From Macrostomum lignano (Eukaryota), in the NCBI GenBank assembly GCA_002269645.1, contig NIVC01000442.1, positions 1 through 64,000 on the forward strand: a stretch of 64,000 bases of DNA, read 5' to 3'. A program made the position numbers and the translations under genes. Numbering within the stretch: position 1 is the stretch's first letter; each line of letters begins with the position of its first letter. The notes under the pieces are model-generated. The model worked only from the letters and a program-made list of their open reading frames with translations, was not told the DNA's origin and ran no database searches. Shown piece after piece: positions 62,831-64,000 of this stretch.

Positions 62831-64000
62831 ACGTAAAAGAGCTTGCCTCAAACGATGAAAGAAATGCGAGTCACATGATGCTGAGACATGTCACTACAGA
62901 TAGTACATGCATACATTTTGAAAGATGGCTTGATATGAATAGTGAATAGCTACTTATTAAACGATATCATTGATTAGGAAAGACTTTGCCTATTGAAGTC
63001 AGTTTAATGAAGATACTCCAGAGCGGGCAATAGATTGCAGAACAATAAGCAGGTGAGCTTCATTGTGAAGGCAATGAAGACAATGAAGAGGAGCCTGAAT
63101 GATATCCCGTAGATAGAGATAGCTGAGCACAGCGTGAGCACAGCCTGCATTCAATAAGAAGAGGTTATTTACGGTGAACCGGGGCCAACAGTAACCCACA
63201 GAACCAGCTGCTATTAGGAAATGAAATTCCAAGGTCGATGAGGATAAGTAAGCGTACTTATAAAGATGAAAACAATACAAGTAATTAAAATTTTCTTGAT
63301 GAAAGAGAGATAGAGATCCAATGGAGAGGAAGAATTAAAAATTTTTATGGCTGTTCAGGCTCACAGTAATCTGCCAATCTCCAGTGCTCAATCAGAGAAA
63401 CCCTTCTTAGACAAAAGCGGCTGCTTTTGCTGCCCAGATACTGCTGCGAGCTTCTCGTGGCTTCTAGCTAGGGATCCGCAGTTCAGGCCCCGGGTTTCCT
63501 ATGTCATTGTGTTGCACCATTAATTACACATCAACTTTAACTGTCAGCATCCAGAATTTGGACCCGCGGATGCCAAATTAGCACCATGTTTTCTCCAAGC
63601 TGGATTGTCATTTAATTGAAGCTCCTTATTTTTAAGGCTTGCTTAAACGGCTCGTGATATCGGCTAGAATCATTGTAGCACAATTCAACTGTTTAAAAGC
63701 GTGAATCGCGTATTGGCTAGAGAGTCATTTAATGCACGAGAAATATATTTCGTGATTACATTCTTCCGTGATTTTCCGTGCAGGAATAGATGTCTGTTGT
63801 CAAATCTCACTGAGAAAGCATTAGGCACAGAAACGCATTCCAACACGGTTTTGTGAATTGCTGCACGATGACTCATTCGAAAATGGGATTCATTCACGTT
63901 CACTCGTGCGCGAAGGACATCGTGCACTCGCGAACGTGCAGTAATCATTCAATGTTGTAACAGGTGTCTTAAAAAAGCATTGCTTTGTTGCATGCCGTTG

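Overview
This is AT-rich, intron-rich animal genomic DNA. An invertebrate origin is inferred, and the dense private intronic minisatellites are reminiscent of a flatworm such as Macrostomum, but the organism cannot be proven from the sequence. Four host genes lie on the minus strand. (1) The 5' ~925 codons (19 coding exons, 17344 to 331, continuing off the left edge) of a divergent IP3-receptor-family channel with several IP3-contact residues substituted. (2) A 6-exon orphan gene (29455 to 23542) for a ~391-aa Cys-rich protein with a signal peptide, Thr/Ser stalk and GPI-like tail. (3) A complete 6-exon AMPK/SNF1 catalytic alpha subunit (58042 to 48915, 569 aa). (4) The last visible exon of a Klumpfuss-like C2H2 zinc-finger gene (~62100-62292). 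Mobile DNA includes a full-length APE-RT-RNaseH non-LTR retrotransposon with intact ORF2 (42555-48455, +) and a degenerate Ty3/Gypsy element (33272-37655, -) carrying a nested ~1-kb insertion; both sit inside minisatellites. There is also a decayed Tc1-like element and several MITE-like inverted-repeat elements. About 30 unrelated tandem arrays (units of 4-51 bp) fill many of the larger introns and intergenic gaps, and they explain nearly all long low-complexity ORFs in the track. The most unusual observations are a ~49-copy array made of a duplicated exon/intron junction (serial CAG|GT sites), a bias of arrays toward 5' splice sites, and a new higher-order repeat built from an LTR fragment. 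All exon models were read by eye using GT/GC-AG boundaries, phase consistency and family homology; no database searches were run.
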